Source of the DNA: a virus
Length of the DNA: 64,000 nt
Reading direction: 5' to 3' (one strand)
Virus record (IMG/VR): IMGVR_UViG_3300025141_000055
Location: 18,134-82,133 of that record
Positions 1-9,641 of the stretch are shown here, piece by piece. Each line of letters begins with the position of its first letter. The stretch's first letter is position 1. The notes below the pieces were generated by a model. It was given only the letters and a program-made list of their open reading frames with translations. It had not been told where the DNA came from and did no database searches. Position numbers and translations under genes: made by a program.

Positions 1-17
1 ATTGTTCCCTAAACCTC

Positions 18-239
18 ATGAAAGACAATGTGAACCACCCTTCTCATTACACCTTTGGGGAAGTTGAGTGTATTGATGCTTTAAAGGCCTCTCTAGGATC
101 TGAGGGGTTTAAAGGCTACTGTCGAGGCGCCTGTATTAAGTATTTATGGCGTGTAGACCATAAAAACGGCGTGGAGGATCTTAAAAAGTGCGCTTGGTAC
201 CTACAAAAGCTCATCGAAATATCTGAGGAAGGAGGTTAG
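18..239 (+). CDS. DUF3310 family phage protein
   Basis: DNVNHPSHY...ECIDA...IKYLWR...KNGVEDLKKCAWYL is the typical DUF3310 pattern. Confidence 0.85.
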   Translation: MKDNVNHPSHYTFGEVECIDALKASLGSEGFKGYCRGACIKYLWRVDHKNGVEDLKKCAWYLQKLIEISEEGG

Positions 240-262
240 ACTGGCAGAGAGCTTCTTTAACT

Positions 263-556
263 ATGGATATTAGAGCCTTCGGGTCGGTTTACGGGCAAAC
301 GGCGGTACTTCCTTATGCCAGCGGTGTTTCTGTGACCTTTGATGGGAATCATATTCCCTCCCCTAGTGGTTTTGCGGCCTGTAGAGGGCTGTTCGTAGAG
401 AAGAGGTCGACGGGGGAAGGTTATTTAACCGTTCAGTTCTCAGATGGGCAGTCTCAATGGATAACTTTGAATGAATTAACGGGCAATACGGTTCTTCCTT
501 TTTCTATTAACGCTATTGCAAGCGGCACCTTAGAGAGTTGTGTAGTTCTTTTCTAA
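263..556 (+). CDS. small beta-rich, probably virion-associated protein
   Basis: Clean ORF with a TAGACT -10 box at 237-242; contains ASG/PSG motifs like the other structural genes. Confidence 0.6.
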   Translation: MDIRAFGSVYGQTAVLPYASGVSVTFDGNHIPSPSGFAACRGLFVEKRSTGEGYLTVQFSDGQSQWITLNELTGNTVLPFSINAIASGTLESCVVLF

Positions 557-874
557 ATGAACCCCTTCGAATTTGACGCAGCTAGGTTTTCTCACCGTTA
601 TCGGGCTCAAATGGGAGCGGCTAACAATCAAGCCCGTGCTGATCAAAGTGCTGACTCAGCTTTCTCAGAATTAATGAGTGACGATCAGCGTTCAATGATT
701 GGGGCCCCTTTACCCCAGGCAGCAGCGGCGCCTGGTGACCAATATGATGGTTTTAATGAAGAGGTAGGAGCCATACAGGCTATAAACGCCGAAAATATTG
801 CTACTCGCGCCAAGCGTCGTGCTCAAAAGTACTTAAGAAATGGGGATTCGGTTACTATGATGCCAGTTGCTTAG
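557..874 (+). CDS. hypothetical protein
   Basis: ATG abuts the previous stop codon (TAAATG). Confidence 0.6.
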   Translation: MNPFEFDAARFSHRYRAQMGAANNQARADQSADSAFSELMSDDQRSMIGAPLPQAAAAPGDQYDGFNEEVGAIQAINAENIATRAKRRAQKYLRNGDSVTMMPVA

Positions 875-883
875 TCTTTCTCC

Positions 884-1696
884 GTGCTGATCGATACTTT
901 TCCGTATTTCAACGAAAAAGAACTGTTGGAACTACGTATTCGCACTTTAGAGGACCATGTAGATGGTTTTCTCATAACTGATGCTAATTACACCCACAGG
1001 GGAGAGCCCAAACCCTTTACATGCGTCGAAACCCTTAAAGAACTAGGGATTAGTGACGAAAATGTGCAAGTTCTGCATGTTGAGTTACCTAGTTATAAGG
1101 ATGCTCCGGATCCTTGGGTTCGTGAGAGGGGGCAACGGGACGCCATCGGGGTCGGCCTTCATATGTTGCAAGATGACACGGTCTTTATCTGTTCCGACTG
1201 TGATGAGATAGCTAATCCCGATAAATTTCCGGAACTCTTAGAGGCTGTGGAACGTGAAAAAGAAAAAATTGTTCGTTTGTCGATGTCCATGCACTATGGT
1301 CGCGGCGATCGTCAATTAATTTCTGATAAAGGAGAACTTTTTGATTGGCGTTGCGGAGTAGTTAGTACCGTTGGTCAATTAAAGGATCAAGGGACGCTCT
1401 CTGCGATGAGGGCCAGTCAAGACAATTATTATTTTGGAGAAAGAGATGCGGGCTGGCACTTGAGTTGGATGGGGGATGCGGATAAACGCAAGACAAAGTT
1501 GCGCTCGATTGCCGAGTACTACATCTGGGATAAGCCTGAGGTACAAAAGTTATGTGAGGATTTTGTTCCCGAGGAAGGTAAAACCGACATGTTGGGACGT
1601 GAGGATCATCTGCTTACTTCGTACCCTGTCGAAGATTTACCAGAAGGAGCGGTTAAACTGGAGAGAGTAAGAAGGTATCTGTTCTCTGATGGCTAG
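884..1696 (+). CDS. glycosyltransferase family 17 (MGAT3-like GlcNAc transferase)
   Basis: D.F.YFNE.ELLELR, THRG..KP, W.RE..QRD, SDCDEI (DxD) and GWHLSW motifs match GT17. Confidence 0.8.
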   Translation: MLIDTFPYFNEKELLELRIRTLEDHVDGFLITDANYTHRGEPKPFTCVETLKELGISDENVQVLHVELPSYKDAPDPWVRERGQRDAIGVGLHMLQDDTVFICSDCDEIANPDKFPELLEAVEREKEKIVRLSMSMHYGRGDRQLISDKGELFDWRCGVVSTVGQLKDQGTLSAMRASQDNYYFGERDAGWHLSWMGDADKRKTKLRSIAEYYIWDKPEVQKLCEDFVPEEGKTDMLGREDHLLTSYPVEDLPEGAVKLERVRRYLFSDG

Positions 1697-1844
1697 TAAA
1701 ATGCCAGCTGAGGTTTTGGCGAACTTTCAAAAAGATCGTGACAACACCAAAGCTCCGAGTGGCGACGAATTAACTGGTAGAGCCAAGTCCGCCACTCGCA
1801 AACGTGCCTTGGCTAAGGCGCGTAAGGTAAAGCAGGCAAAATAG
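1689..1844 (+). CDS. small basic protein (51 aa, not in ORF track)
   Basis: MASKMPAEVLANFQK...RKRALAKARKVKQAK; overlaps the GT17 stop and fills the gap before the portal-like gene. Confidence 0.6.
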   Translation: MASKMPAEVLANFQKDRDNTKAPSGDELTGRAKSATRKRALAKARKVKQAK

Positions 1845-1873
1845 TCTCTTAGGAACATCCTCACTCAACGAAT

Positions 1874-4114
1874 ATGTCATCGGCCTCCGAAACACGATCT
1901 CAGTTTACCGAAATTCTGGAGGCCGCCCGCACTCAGGATCGGAGCAACCAATCCTCCACGATGGTGGTGTTGAGTCACCTTCAGCAGATGACTCTTTTGA
2001 TGATCAAGAAAGGGTTAACTTTTTATTGTGATCAGGATACTTATAGAAGCCGCACTTCTTTCCTAAATGATGTTATTGCCCTCAATAAACTAGATATTCG
2101 CTTTCCCGCGATAATTAGAAATTATCTTATTGATGGGTGCGGGCTTTTTTATTTTCGGCCTGACCCGAAGCTTAAGTATCAAATTTACTTCTTTACCAAA
2201 AACCAATATAGGGTTTATCACGATGTTAATGGCAATGTTGAAGAAGTTGTCATTCTTTATAGCTATAAAGTCAAACAAGGAGGGTTGGGCCTCCCAAGTA
2301 ATAGCTTTGGACAGAATAAACGCTATGTTCGCTTAACAATTACGGCTGACGAGATTAGTGAGATAGAGACTGATACGGAATTAAGCTTTGATCTTGAACC
2401 AGGCGCAGGTATTATGCCCGGGAGTAGAAAACCTAATAGCTTAGGGTTTATTCCGGCGGTCGAGGTTCTCAATAAGCCTAATGCGAGTGGGACAGAGGGC
2501 GAAGGTGAGTTTGATCCGTTTATGGAACAAATTGTTCTTCATAATCAACTAACGAAGAATATTGCTAAAAATATTGAATTCTTTGGTAACCCTACCCTTA
2601 TTAGTTCCCGTCCTCGGAGTGATTTAGTCGAAGCTAATGATACACAGAGTACTTTCCGCCCAACGATTAGTAGTCAGAGTGGATTCTCCGGGTTAGATCA
2701 ACCATCTACACGAGTTGCCGAGCCTTTTGGGGCCGGCATGGGTAGTGGCTTGAGGGTACCTCGCATAATTGCCAATGTGGAGCCTTCTGACCGAGTTGGT
2801 TATATGACTCCCGATCCCGTAAACGGGGATATGAATAGGTATACCTTATTGCTACGGGAAGAAATCCGAACCGCGTTAGGCGGCGTGGATGAGATATCTA
2901 TCTCTGCGGGTGCGACCGCCACGGAAATTAAAGGCTTAATGGGTAGAGCCCAAGCCACGGCTCTTCGAAAGAATAAAAGTTTTCTTTCTTATGGGTTTAA
3001 TCGACTTTTAGAGATGATGCTTTATCACCAAGAGGTGATTTTCCGCGACTCTTTTATTATGGCTACCGATATGAAGGAGCCTAAACCACCGGAAGAGCAA
3101 ACCGAAGAGTCCATAGAGAAATACCAGCGTGCGGTCTTTAAGTTTGAGGCCAAGTTAGACGCAGGTATGAAGACGGCCTTAGCGGAGAATAAAGTCCCCC
3201 GGGGGGTTGTGGGGCTCCCTGAGGATGGTGATCGGGAAGTTGAGTACCGTTATCAAGGGGATGTTTATGAGGACACAGCCTATGACATCAATCAAAAATC
3301 TATTGTGGTGAGGAACTTACAAGAACTTGGGGTAGATAGTATTGAAGCCCTTAAGTTTCTTTTCCCAGAGAAGACAGACTCTGAACGAGCAGAGATGTTG
3401 AAAGGATTTCCATTTCGTATGGTGCAGCAAACACAGTCTGCAATGCAACAATTCCTGGTATTATTAACTCAGATGTTGCAGTCTCCGCATCCTCTTGCGC
3501 CTAATCAACCCCTTGCGGCTGATCCTAGACTAAACATCACTCCGCTCCTATATAGGACATTCGATCACTTAGCGGAAGAATTAACTTACTCAGGTAGCTA
3601 TGAGCCAGCAGATCCAAGTTTCGACCCAGAGCCAGGACTCCCAGGCGGCACCGGCGCCGGTAGCTTCGGATCCACAGGTCTCAACAACCGCCTATCCCCA
3701 GTGGGTGGCACAAGCAGCTACCCCGGTGGTAGCTTCGGCACCTACGCAGCCCTTGCCACCCCAGGTGACTCCGGCTACGGCCCCTTCTATCAGCGCCCCG
3801 TCCAGCCTGTCAACGTCGCCATCGACCCCGTCCAATCCATGGGAGTCGGCGATGGGCTCCTTAGAGAGGATAATCGGGCAGGTGAACTCGCAGTCCCTCA
3901 GCCAGGGTCTACAGTCGCCCTCGACAGGGCCGGTCCAACCCGTTACAACACAGCCCAGTCAGCCTTCACAGGTCCAGCCTTGGGCTTACCAGGTGCCCCA
4001 GGTAGCCCCGACATTAACTACCAACGTCTTACCGACCCAGACTGGCTCTCAAACTTCTACGGCGACCCAACCGAAGGAAAGCGGTCTAACAAACGTAAGC
4101 AGAGACGTAGTTAA
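1874..4114 (+). CDS. probable portal protein with a long Gly/Pro-rich C-terminal tail
   Basis: Size, position upstream of the scaffold-like and capsid genes, and portal-like segments (LGFIPAVEV, helical SAGATATEIK..ATALRKN region). Function inferred. Confidence 0.6.
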   Translation: MSSASETRSQFTEILEAARTQDRSNQSSTMVVLSHLQQMTLLMIKKGLTFYCDQDTYRSRTSFLNDVIALNKLDIRFPAIIRNYLIDGCGLFYFRPDPKLKYQIYFFTKNQYRVYHDVNGNVEEVVILYSYKVKQGGLGLPSNSFGQNKRYVRLTITADEISEIETDTELSFDLEPGAGIMPGSRKPNSLGFIPAVEVLNKPNASGTEGEGEFDPFMEQIVLHNQLTKNIAKNIEFFGNPTLISSRPRSDLVEANDTQSTFRPTISSQSGFSGLDQPSTRVAEPFGAGMGSGLRVPRIIANVEPSDRVGYMTPDPVNGDMNRYTLLLREEIRTALGGVDEISISAGATATEIKGLMGRAQATALRKNKSFLSYGFNRLLEMMLYHQEVIFRDSFIMATDMKEPKPPEEQTEESIEKYQRAVFKFEAKLDAGMKTALAENKVPRGVVGLPEDGDREVEYRYQGDVYEDTAYDINQKSIVVRNLQELGVDSIEALKFLFPEKTDSERAEMLKGFPFRMVQQTQSAMQQFLVLLTQMLQSPHPLAPNQPLAADPRLNITPLLYRTFDHLAEELTYSGSYEPADPSFDPEPGLPGGTGAGSFGSTGLNNRLSPVGGTSSYPGGSFGTYAALATPGDSGYGPFYQRPVQPVNVAIDPVQSMGVGDGLLREDNRAGELAVPQPGSTVALDRAGPTRYNTAQSAFTGPALGLPGAPGSPDINYQRLTDPDWLSNFYGDPTEGKRSNKRKQRRS

Positions 4115-4562
4115 TCATTTTGGTATAGAAGCTCCCGGTATTCTTAATCAGTATTCATGTGCTCTCGAGGACATGTTGATTGAGAACGCTGGCAAGTTGG
4201 ATCAGTTATCGCAGCGTTCTTCTGCAATGGAGACAATCCTAACTAATCCTGATCACCTCGCTAACTACACTGATAAGTTCTTTACTGACATTGTCCCAGT
4301 GGATATTGATGGTACCGCCGGTGTAGCTCATGAAGCTGCCCAAGCTCCTCTTCCTCAACAGCCTGCTCAGGAATATCAGCCTACGTATGATATGCCTGCT
4401 GTACCTGCTGCTGGGGGTGGACAGATTGCTAACAACCCCGCCCATACTTGGGAACATTTCGGGAACGTCATGGATAGGTCCCCCCAGAATGCATGGAAGT
4501 ATTTGAGTCAAATGAGCCCAGAGGCCATGCGTAGCAAGCTTCTCTTTATGGATGGAGCTTGA
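3600..4562 (+). CDS. probable capsid scaffolding protein
   Basis: Q/P/S/T-rich N-terminus, helical middle, compact C-terminal motif; followed by a terminator; lies between portal-like and capsid genes. Confidence 0.55.
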   Translation: MSQQIQVSTQSQDSQAAPAPVASDPQVSTTAYPQWVAQAATPVVASAPTQPLPPQVTPATAPSISAPSSLSTSPSTPSNPWESAMGSLERIIGQVNSQSLSQGLQSPSTGPVQPVTTQPSQPSQVQPWAYQVPQVAPTLTTNVLPTQTGSQTSTATQPKESGLTNVSRDVVNHFGIEAPGILNQYSCALEDMLIENAGKLDQLSQRSSAMETILTNPDHLANYTDKFFTDIVPVDIDGTAGVAHEAAQAPLPQQPAQEYQPTYDMPAVPAAGGGQIANNPAHTWEHFGNVMDRSPQNAWKYLSQMSPEAMRSKLLFMDGA

Positions 4563-4582
4563 TAAGAATTTAAAACCTCCTT

Positions 4583-4613
4583 ACCCTCCTCTCTAAAGGG
4601 GAGGGTTTTTTTT
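4583..4613 (+). terminator. intrinsic terminator
   Basis: ACCCTCCTCT-ctaa-AGGGGAGGGT hairpin followed by a T-run. Confidence 0.8.
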
Positions 4614-4636
4614 GCTAGGCTATAAATGGTTACTTA

Positions 4637-4819
4637 GTGATTATGAAAGCTCTCGGCACTCTTAGACGTAAACCAGCTATTGAGAAGGATACTTCTTCGA
4701 GTAGCTCCAGCTCTGACAATAGTTCGTCTTCGTCTTCGTCTTCGTCTCCCTCCTCTTCTTCTTCCTCTTCATCAGCCTCCTCTTCATCATCTGGTTCGAG
4801 TAGTGATGTTAATCTCTAG
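4637..4819 (+). CDS. small serine-rich protein
   Basis: Basic N-terminus, then long poly-Ser tracts written with mixed Ser codons. Confidence 0.5.
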   Translation: MIMKALGTLRRKPAIEKDTSSSSSSSDNSSSSSSSSSPSSSSSSSSASSSSSGSSSDVNL

Positions 4820-4825
4820 TAATTT

Positions 4826-4969
4826 ATGGTGATATCCCCTCATCAAATCAAGTCCTCTTGGTATTACATCTTCTGGGGGCTGATGTCTTTAGCAGTGGTG
4901 GGCGGACAGTTATATGTGGGCTTAGGTTATCGAATGATGGCTAAAGCTCTTTTATCAATTTCTTTGTAG
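4826..4969 (+). CDS. small membrane protein (47 aa, not in ORF track)
   Basis: MVISPHQIKSSWYYIFWGLMSLAVVGGQLYVGLGYRMMAKAL...; resembles a small protein type I recall from picocyanobacteria and their phages. Confidence 0.65.
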   Translation: MVISPHQIKSSWYYIFWGLMSLAVVGGQLYVGLGYRMMAKALLSISL

Positions 4970-5188
4970 GCTTACTTGATCGAGTTTATTCTCGATTCTA
5001 ATCATGTGAGCTTCCATCCGATCGAGAGCAGCCGTTAGTTCACCACGTGGTACATATTTTTCCGCCACTCTTACTTCTATGCGATCAATTCGCGAATCCA
5101 TATCAGATATACGGGTGTTAGCGCGGCTAAACATAGCTGCTAGTGCTGTTAAGGACGCAAGAGAAACAGCAACCGTCGCTTCAACCAT
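4955..5188 (-). CDS. N-terminal TM helix + coiled-coil protein (holin-like architecture)
   Basis: Hydrophobic N-terminus, then EKYV.R.EL...LDRME.HM.RIENKLD. Confidence 0.6.
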   Translation of the reverse strand: MVEATVAVSLASLTALAAMFSRANTRISDMDSRIDRIEVRVAEKYVPRGELTAALDRMEAHMIRIENKLDQVSLQRN

Positions 5189-5262
5189 TAGAAAACACTC
5201 TCCCTCTTTTTAATTTTAGTCTAGAAAGAAGGTGGGTAAAATAGAGAAAAAAGAGGAAAGCT

Positions 5263-6093
5263 ATGGCGGGACCTTCGATAGCTCAAACTAATTGGAGGTA
5301 CGACGAAAGCGTCTACCACAAGATTCAATCCGGACCTCAACGGACTGGAAGCAATCTTGATCTGACCGATACCTATATTGTGATTTCGAGTGGCTACACG
5401 CCACCTTCCGGGATATGGCCCCAACAATCTTTTTATGGGGTAAATGATCTGGGAGCTGACTTCGGTAAATATCCCATCGTTACGAACATTAGTGGCTTTC
5501 TGGATAAGGATTGGCGTTTTGTTCCTCCCCCCACCTCAGGGTACTGGACAAATTATGAGGGCTCTGATATTCGGGGCTCGGGTTTACTCAGTGCTTACGA
5601 AGGGTTTAGGTACAGCTCTAATGTCCACACTGCTAACGCGAATGTACAAGGAGCCCTCGGACCTCAGCCAGGTCTAAAAGAGATTGGGGCTTATACCTGG
5701 TTTGGTTCTAATGTTCCCGATAATCAGAACTACTCCCCTTTCAATACACCCGAGGGCAATACCAGTGCTTCCGACGGGGGAGGTATTACAGGAGGGCCTG
5801 GAACTTACGAGAGGGTTAAGACCCCTATGCTTACTAATCCCACGCAGGATGCGTCAGGGGATAGAGCAGCGTGGCGATACAACTATCCCGTTTATTGCAA
5901 AACATATGCTGAAGCATCGCGATCCACTAAACCCGGACAGATGGCAACAGTCACACGTGATAGTTATCGGGGTAGATCTACGCGTTATGTAATGAATTAC
6001 GGTTCTATGTATGGCAAGTTAGGGGAAGGTATAAGGAACATAGTGCGCTCCTATAGCACTACAGTTAATAGTTCAAACCAAAAAGGGGTGTAA
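5263..6093 (+). CDS. hypothetical virion protein
   Basis: Directly upstream of the capsid gene; G/S/Y-rich; TAAAAT box at 5237-5242. Confidence 0.6.
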   Translation: MAGPSIAQTNWRYDESVYHKIQSGPQRTGSNLDLTDTYIVISSGYTPPSGIWPQQSFYGVNDLGADFGKYPIVTNISGFLDKDWRFVPPPTSGYWTNYEGSDIRGSGLLSAYEGFRYSSNVHTANANVQGALGPQPGLKEIGAYTWFGSNVPDNQNYSPFNTPEGNTSASDGGGITGGPGTYERVKTPMLTNPTQDASGDRAAWRYNYPVYCKTYAEASRSTKPGQMATVTRDSYRGRSTRYVMNYGSMYGKLGEGIRNIVRSYSTTVNSSNQKGV

Positions 6094-6175
6094 CCGCTAT
6101 TAACGCGACACCACACAGTTAATATACCTAGACAAAGCCTAGAATTGTCCCTGTAGTTTCTTTGGAATCTTATCT

Positions 6176-7291
6176 GTGTTCATAGATAATGATTTTCCCA
6201 AGATTCTTGGTGCCGAGTTGTATCGTCCGCACCCGGCGTATATCGTCGAAATGGCAGCTGAGCCTGTAGTCGTTCACGACTTTGCGAAGCAACCAGGACA
6301 GACAGTACAACTTGATCGTTATCGTTTCTTCGGTAACCCTGGCTCCAAAGAATCTCGTGAGCGAACTGCTGAGCAGACCATCGGTACTGCAAACAGTCGC
6401 AATATAGTCAAGGACAAAGTGCTCGTGACACTTCGCGAGTATACTGGTCCTGCGGATCCTAGTGATCCCACCCAGCCCAGTACATTTAAAATTGCTCGGG
6501 AGACCTTAATCACCGCGCAGCGTTTGCTGCTCGACACAGGTAACTTAAATACCTTCCATCAGTCAATAGGTAGTTTGACCCTACTTGATGACTATCGTAG
6601 ATGGCGTGACCGGGTGTTCATTAATGAGCTTCTCAAGGCAGTATCTAAGGGTCAATCCTCAGATAGCCAAGGAGGTTATTACTTCCCTGGTGGACTAGCC
6701 ACAGGTGCTCTCACCTATACCAACGCTGAACAGGCCAAATTCGACGTTAAGGACGATCTCCTTAGCGTGGTCAAGAGTCTCAGGAAGCGTAACACACCAA
6801 CTTTCCAAGACGGTTTTTATCGCTGCGTTTGCGATCCAACTTTCTTGATGCATTTGCGTCAGAACAGCGACTTCCGCGAGGTTGCTCGTTATCCTGGCAA
6901 TGGGCAGATCAATCCACTCATGTCTGGTATGCAGCCTAACGCTGCTATCTACATGGGCCAGGGCTTCGGACAGGCTACTTTTGTAGCAGGCGAGCCCATC
7001 ATGCCGACAGGCTTTGTGTTTGAAGGAGTCCGCTTCTTCGAAAGCACAAACATGCCTTCTCAGACTCAAGCTGCAACTATCGCTGGTTCCGCCACCGATT
7101 ACAATGCAGCTATCGGTATGTTCTTTGGTCCCCAAAGTTGTGGAGTAGGCATCGGAGGCAACAATGCCCAGGTGCTACTTAACAACAATGACGACTTCAG
7201 CCGCTTCATCATGATGATTTGGAGCCTCTATGCAGGTTTCGAACTTCTGAACGCTGACTTCGCCACAATTGCCTACTCATTCGACGCTTGA
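6176..7291 (+). CDS. major capsid protein
   Basis: 371 aa; HDFAKQPGQTVQLDRY N-terminus; FEGVRFFESTN and FFG...DDFSR..MIW..YAGF C-terminal pattern resembling N4-gp56-like HK97-fold capsids. Confidence 0.8.
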   Translation: MFIDNDFPKILGAELYRPHPAYIVEMAAEPVVVHDFAKQPGQTVQLDRYRFFGNPGSKESRERTAEQTIGTANSRNIVKDKVLVTLREYTGPADPSDPTQPSTFKIARETLITAQRLLLDTGNLNTFHQSIGSLTLLDDYRRWRDRVFINELLKAVSKGQSSDSQGGYYFPGGLATGALTYTNAEQAKFDVKDDLLSVVKSLRKRNTPTFQDGFYRCVCDPTFLMHLRQNSDFREVARYPGNGQINPLMSGMQPNAAIYMGQGFGQATFVAGEPIMPTGFVFEGVRFFESTNMPSQTQAATIAGSATDYNAAIGMFFGPQSCGVGIGGNNAQVLLNNNDDFSRFIMMIWSLYAGFELLNADFATIAYSFDA

Positions 7292-7305
7292 GGAGGTAAC
7301 TAATT

Positions 7306-8181
7306 ATGGCAATTAATTCTAATCAGTTGCAGGTTGCCAAGATCTATCCTGGTAACTATGCCAACGTTCTGCGTTACTGGCACACTACGCAAACCATTCA
7401 ATACAAAAACGCGAATGGTGTAGAGACAAGCATGACCAACCAGCCAGTTGGTGGTCCTGTAGGTGTTGTATTCCGTCCTGGTTGGATTGCTCAACAGGCA
7501 ATCGGCTACGTAGACATGAGCTATCAAGCTCTAGGGTCTACAAACCAGTTGAGCTACTACACCACTCCTTATGGTTCTGGTCAGAATGATGACCAACAGC
7601 CATTCCTTAATGCATCAGTAATTATTCCTTCTCCTGATTTCCATAAGGATGTCAGAGCAGATATTACTGACGCTATTACGGTTCCTGCTAATGCACTTGT
7701 TTACCGTGCTTCCCTCCGTCTGAGCGGTGGTGACTTGGTAAGTAGTGGTGTTGCAGGTGCAGATACTACTCCTGAGTTGACTCTTGTTCCTGCTATGGGT
7801 GAAGGTCTTTTTGACTCTTCCACCGTGGTTTCAGGTCAGTTCGGTGTATCTCTAACTGGTGCTACTAGCCGTATTCCTAACGGAACTGTTAACAGCACAA
7901 ATATCTGGGATTCAAGCAGCTTGTCTGCTTTGAGTGCTGCTACTCAGTGGAAACTGTTTACCACCGTCGATCTCGGCGGTGCCTCAGCTTCCGGTTTGGC
8001 TCAAGGCTCAGGTGTTTATGACCCTCGTGCTGGAGTCAACAAGCTATCTGGTGATGACAAAGCCCTCGCAATTTGTGAGGTTTGCTGGCTTATTGCCGAT
8101 GCGCCTCCTGAGCGTCAGGATGTTGCTCTTCAGCCTGATGGCATTGTGGAGTCTCAGACCTATACCTCAACTACTCCTTGA
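7306..8181 (+). CDS. probable capsid decoration / minor capsid protein
   Basis: Strong SD (GGAGG) after the capsid gene, beta-rich composition, shared terminator. Confidence 0.6.
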   Translation: MAINSNQLQVAKIYPGNYANVLRYWHTTQTIQYKNANGVETSMTNQPVGGPVGVVFRPGWIAQQAIGYVDMSYQALGSTNQLSYYTTPYGSGQNDDQQPFLNASVIIPSPDFHKDVRADITDAITVPANALVYRASLRLSGGDLVSSGVAGADTTPELTLVPAMGEGLFDSSTVVSGQFGVSLTGATSRIPNGTVNSTNIWDSSSLSALSAATQWKLFTTVDLGGASASGLAQGSGVYDPRAGVNKLSGDDKALAICEVCWLIADAPPERQDVALQPDGIVESQTYTSTTP

Positions 8182-8203
8182 TAATCATCGAGTAAAAGTT
8201 AAA

Positions 8204-8228
8204 GCCCTCTCTTCGGAGAGGGTTTTTT
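8204..8228 (+). terminator. intrinsic terminator
   Basis: GCCCTCTC-TTCG-GAGAGGGT followed by a T-run. Confidence 0.85.
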
Positions 8229-8349
8229 CATGGCCTGGTGCACTGTTACATTCCTTTATAATGCCTTTGTGGGTTTCCCACTTTTTATACCCCAAACCGA
8301 GACCACGGGGGAAAGTCTCTCATCTTACAAGTACAACCGCTCTAAGATA

Positions 8350-8424
8350 ATGGAGTTCTTCCTTATTCTCGCTGCTCTCAGTGGTGCTGCATATGGTGCA
8401 TATCGGATGACTCCTAAAAATTGA
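8350..8424 (+). CDS. tiny single-TM peptide (24 aa)
   Basis: MEFFLILAALSGAAYGAYRMTPKN, lying between two terminators. Confidence 0.45.
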   Translation: MEFFLILAALSGAAYGAYRMTPKN

Positions 8425-8429
8425 ATAAT

Positions 8430-8462
8430 AAAAGGGACCCTTTACTCAGGAGGGTCCTTTTC
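8430..8462. terminator. bidirectional terminator-like hairpin
   Basis: AAAAGGGACCCTT-loop-GAGGGTCCTTTT. Confidence 0.65.
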
Positions 8463-8495
8463 CTTTAAACTACTGTTTATATACTGTCTTTTCAC

Positions 8496-8966
8496 ATGAC
8501 CACTACCACAATGGAAACCACCTCTTATTGCTATAAACCCAGTGGGGTAAAGGTAGAAGTAATCTCTATCCATGACGATGGGGACTACTTTATGGTGAGG
8601 TCCAGCACCAGTGGGAAGGTCTTCTTTGCTCATAAAGATCAGGTAGGTCCCATAGTCGAGGAACAGGTGGAACCCGTAAATAAGGTGAGCACCCGCAGGA
8701 ACCGCCGTCACGTTAAACAAGAGCCTAAGGCTCAAAAGGTAATTAAACCCATCCCCCCTGTGGATAACCGCATTAACTTAAATACCCTTACAGAACAGGG
8801 CTTAACACAATGCTTACCAGGCGTGGGTAGTAAAACTGCTAAAGAGATTATTGAGTTACGTCAGAATCTCCCTGGGGAAAAATTCACCAAGCTCGAACAA
8901 TTAGAGGCTATTAAGAGGGTTGATTGGGTAGAAGTTTTTGCTACAGGCTCAGTGTACGTAGAATAG
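8496..8966 (+). CDS. helix-hairpin-helix (ComEA-like) DNA-binding protein
   Basis: RINLNT...L...LPGVGSKTAKEIIELR...F..LEQL. Confidence 0.75.
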   Translation: MTTTTMETTSYCYKPSGVKVEVISIHDDGDYFMVRSSTSGKVFFAHKDQVGPIVEEQVEPVNKVSTRRNRRHVKQEPKAQKVIKPIPPVDNRINLNTLTEQGLTQCLPGVGSKTAKEIIELRQNLPGEKFTKLEQLEAIKRVDWVEVFATGSVYVE

Positions 8967-8990
8967 AAGAATAAAAGGGTTTTTTAGCTT

Positions 8991-9611
8991 GTGGCCCAAC
9001 TAACGGAAAGTGAACTTCAGCAGATCCAATCGTATCTAGCTCAACAGGGTGTCGTTTTTAATGCCACTCAGACTGACGCTACAAAGCGAGAGATTGTTTA
9101 TGCGGCAGTTAATCAGTTAACTCGAAACCCTGCTCAGGTTTTTGGGTACGCCCTAGATGATTATAATTTCAGCCGGGTGGCGTATCATCTAGGGTATAAC
9201 ATTGCTACAGTCCCAGCCGGGGATTATGCTCGTTTACTCGAAGCTTGTAATAGTGTTCCGAGCGAATTTTATTATGACAAAATTGTTCAACAGATTGAAA
9301 GATGTGAGGATGCTGAGCGTCTCACAGAATTAGCCACAGGGCGCGCCACGAGTAGGCAAGAGACGATTTTAGGTGATGTTTCACGATCTATTAATATTCA
9401 GGACAAGCGGGAGACTGCGAGGATATGGCGTGAGAACTACATGTATGAATGTGATCGTCTAGCGCATATGCTCTATGTAGCGAACTATAGAGATCCAGTA
9501 GTATCACGTTATAGATTTGAAAGGTCTGGAGGAGAGTTTATACAGGCCATACCAGGCCCTCCAGACGTGTCTCGTGCCGATCGTCTCTACTTTTGGGCTA
9601 ATTGGAGATAG
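8991..9611 (+). CDS. probable head-completion / adaptor protein
   Basis: Helical 206-aa ORF downstream of the capsid module; function inferred from position. Confidence 0.4.
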   Translation: MAQLTESELQQIQSYLAQQGVVFNATQTDATKREIVYAAVNQLTRNPAQVFGYALDDYNFSRVAYHLGYNIATVPAGDYARLLEACNSVPSEFYYDKIVQQIERCEDAERLTELATGRATSRQETILGDVSRSINIQDKRETARIWRENYMYECDRLAHMLYVANYRDPVVSRYRFERSGGEFIQAIPGPPDVSRADRLYFWANWR

Positions 9612-9641
9612 ACTAGGTTTATTAGTTAACCCTAAAGTCTA

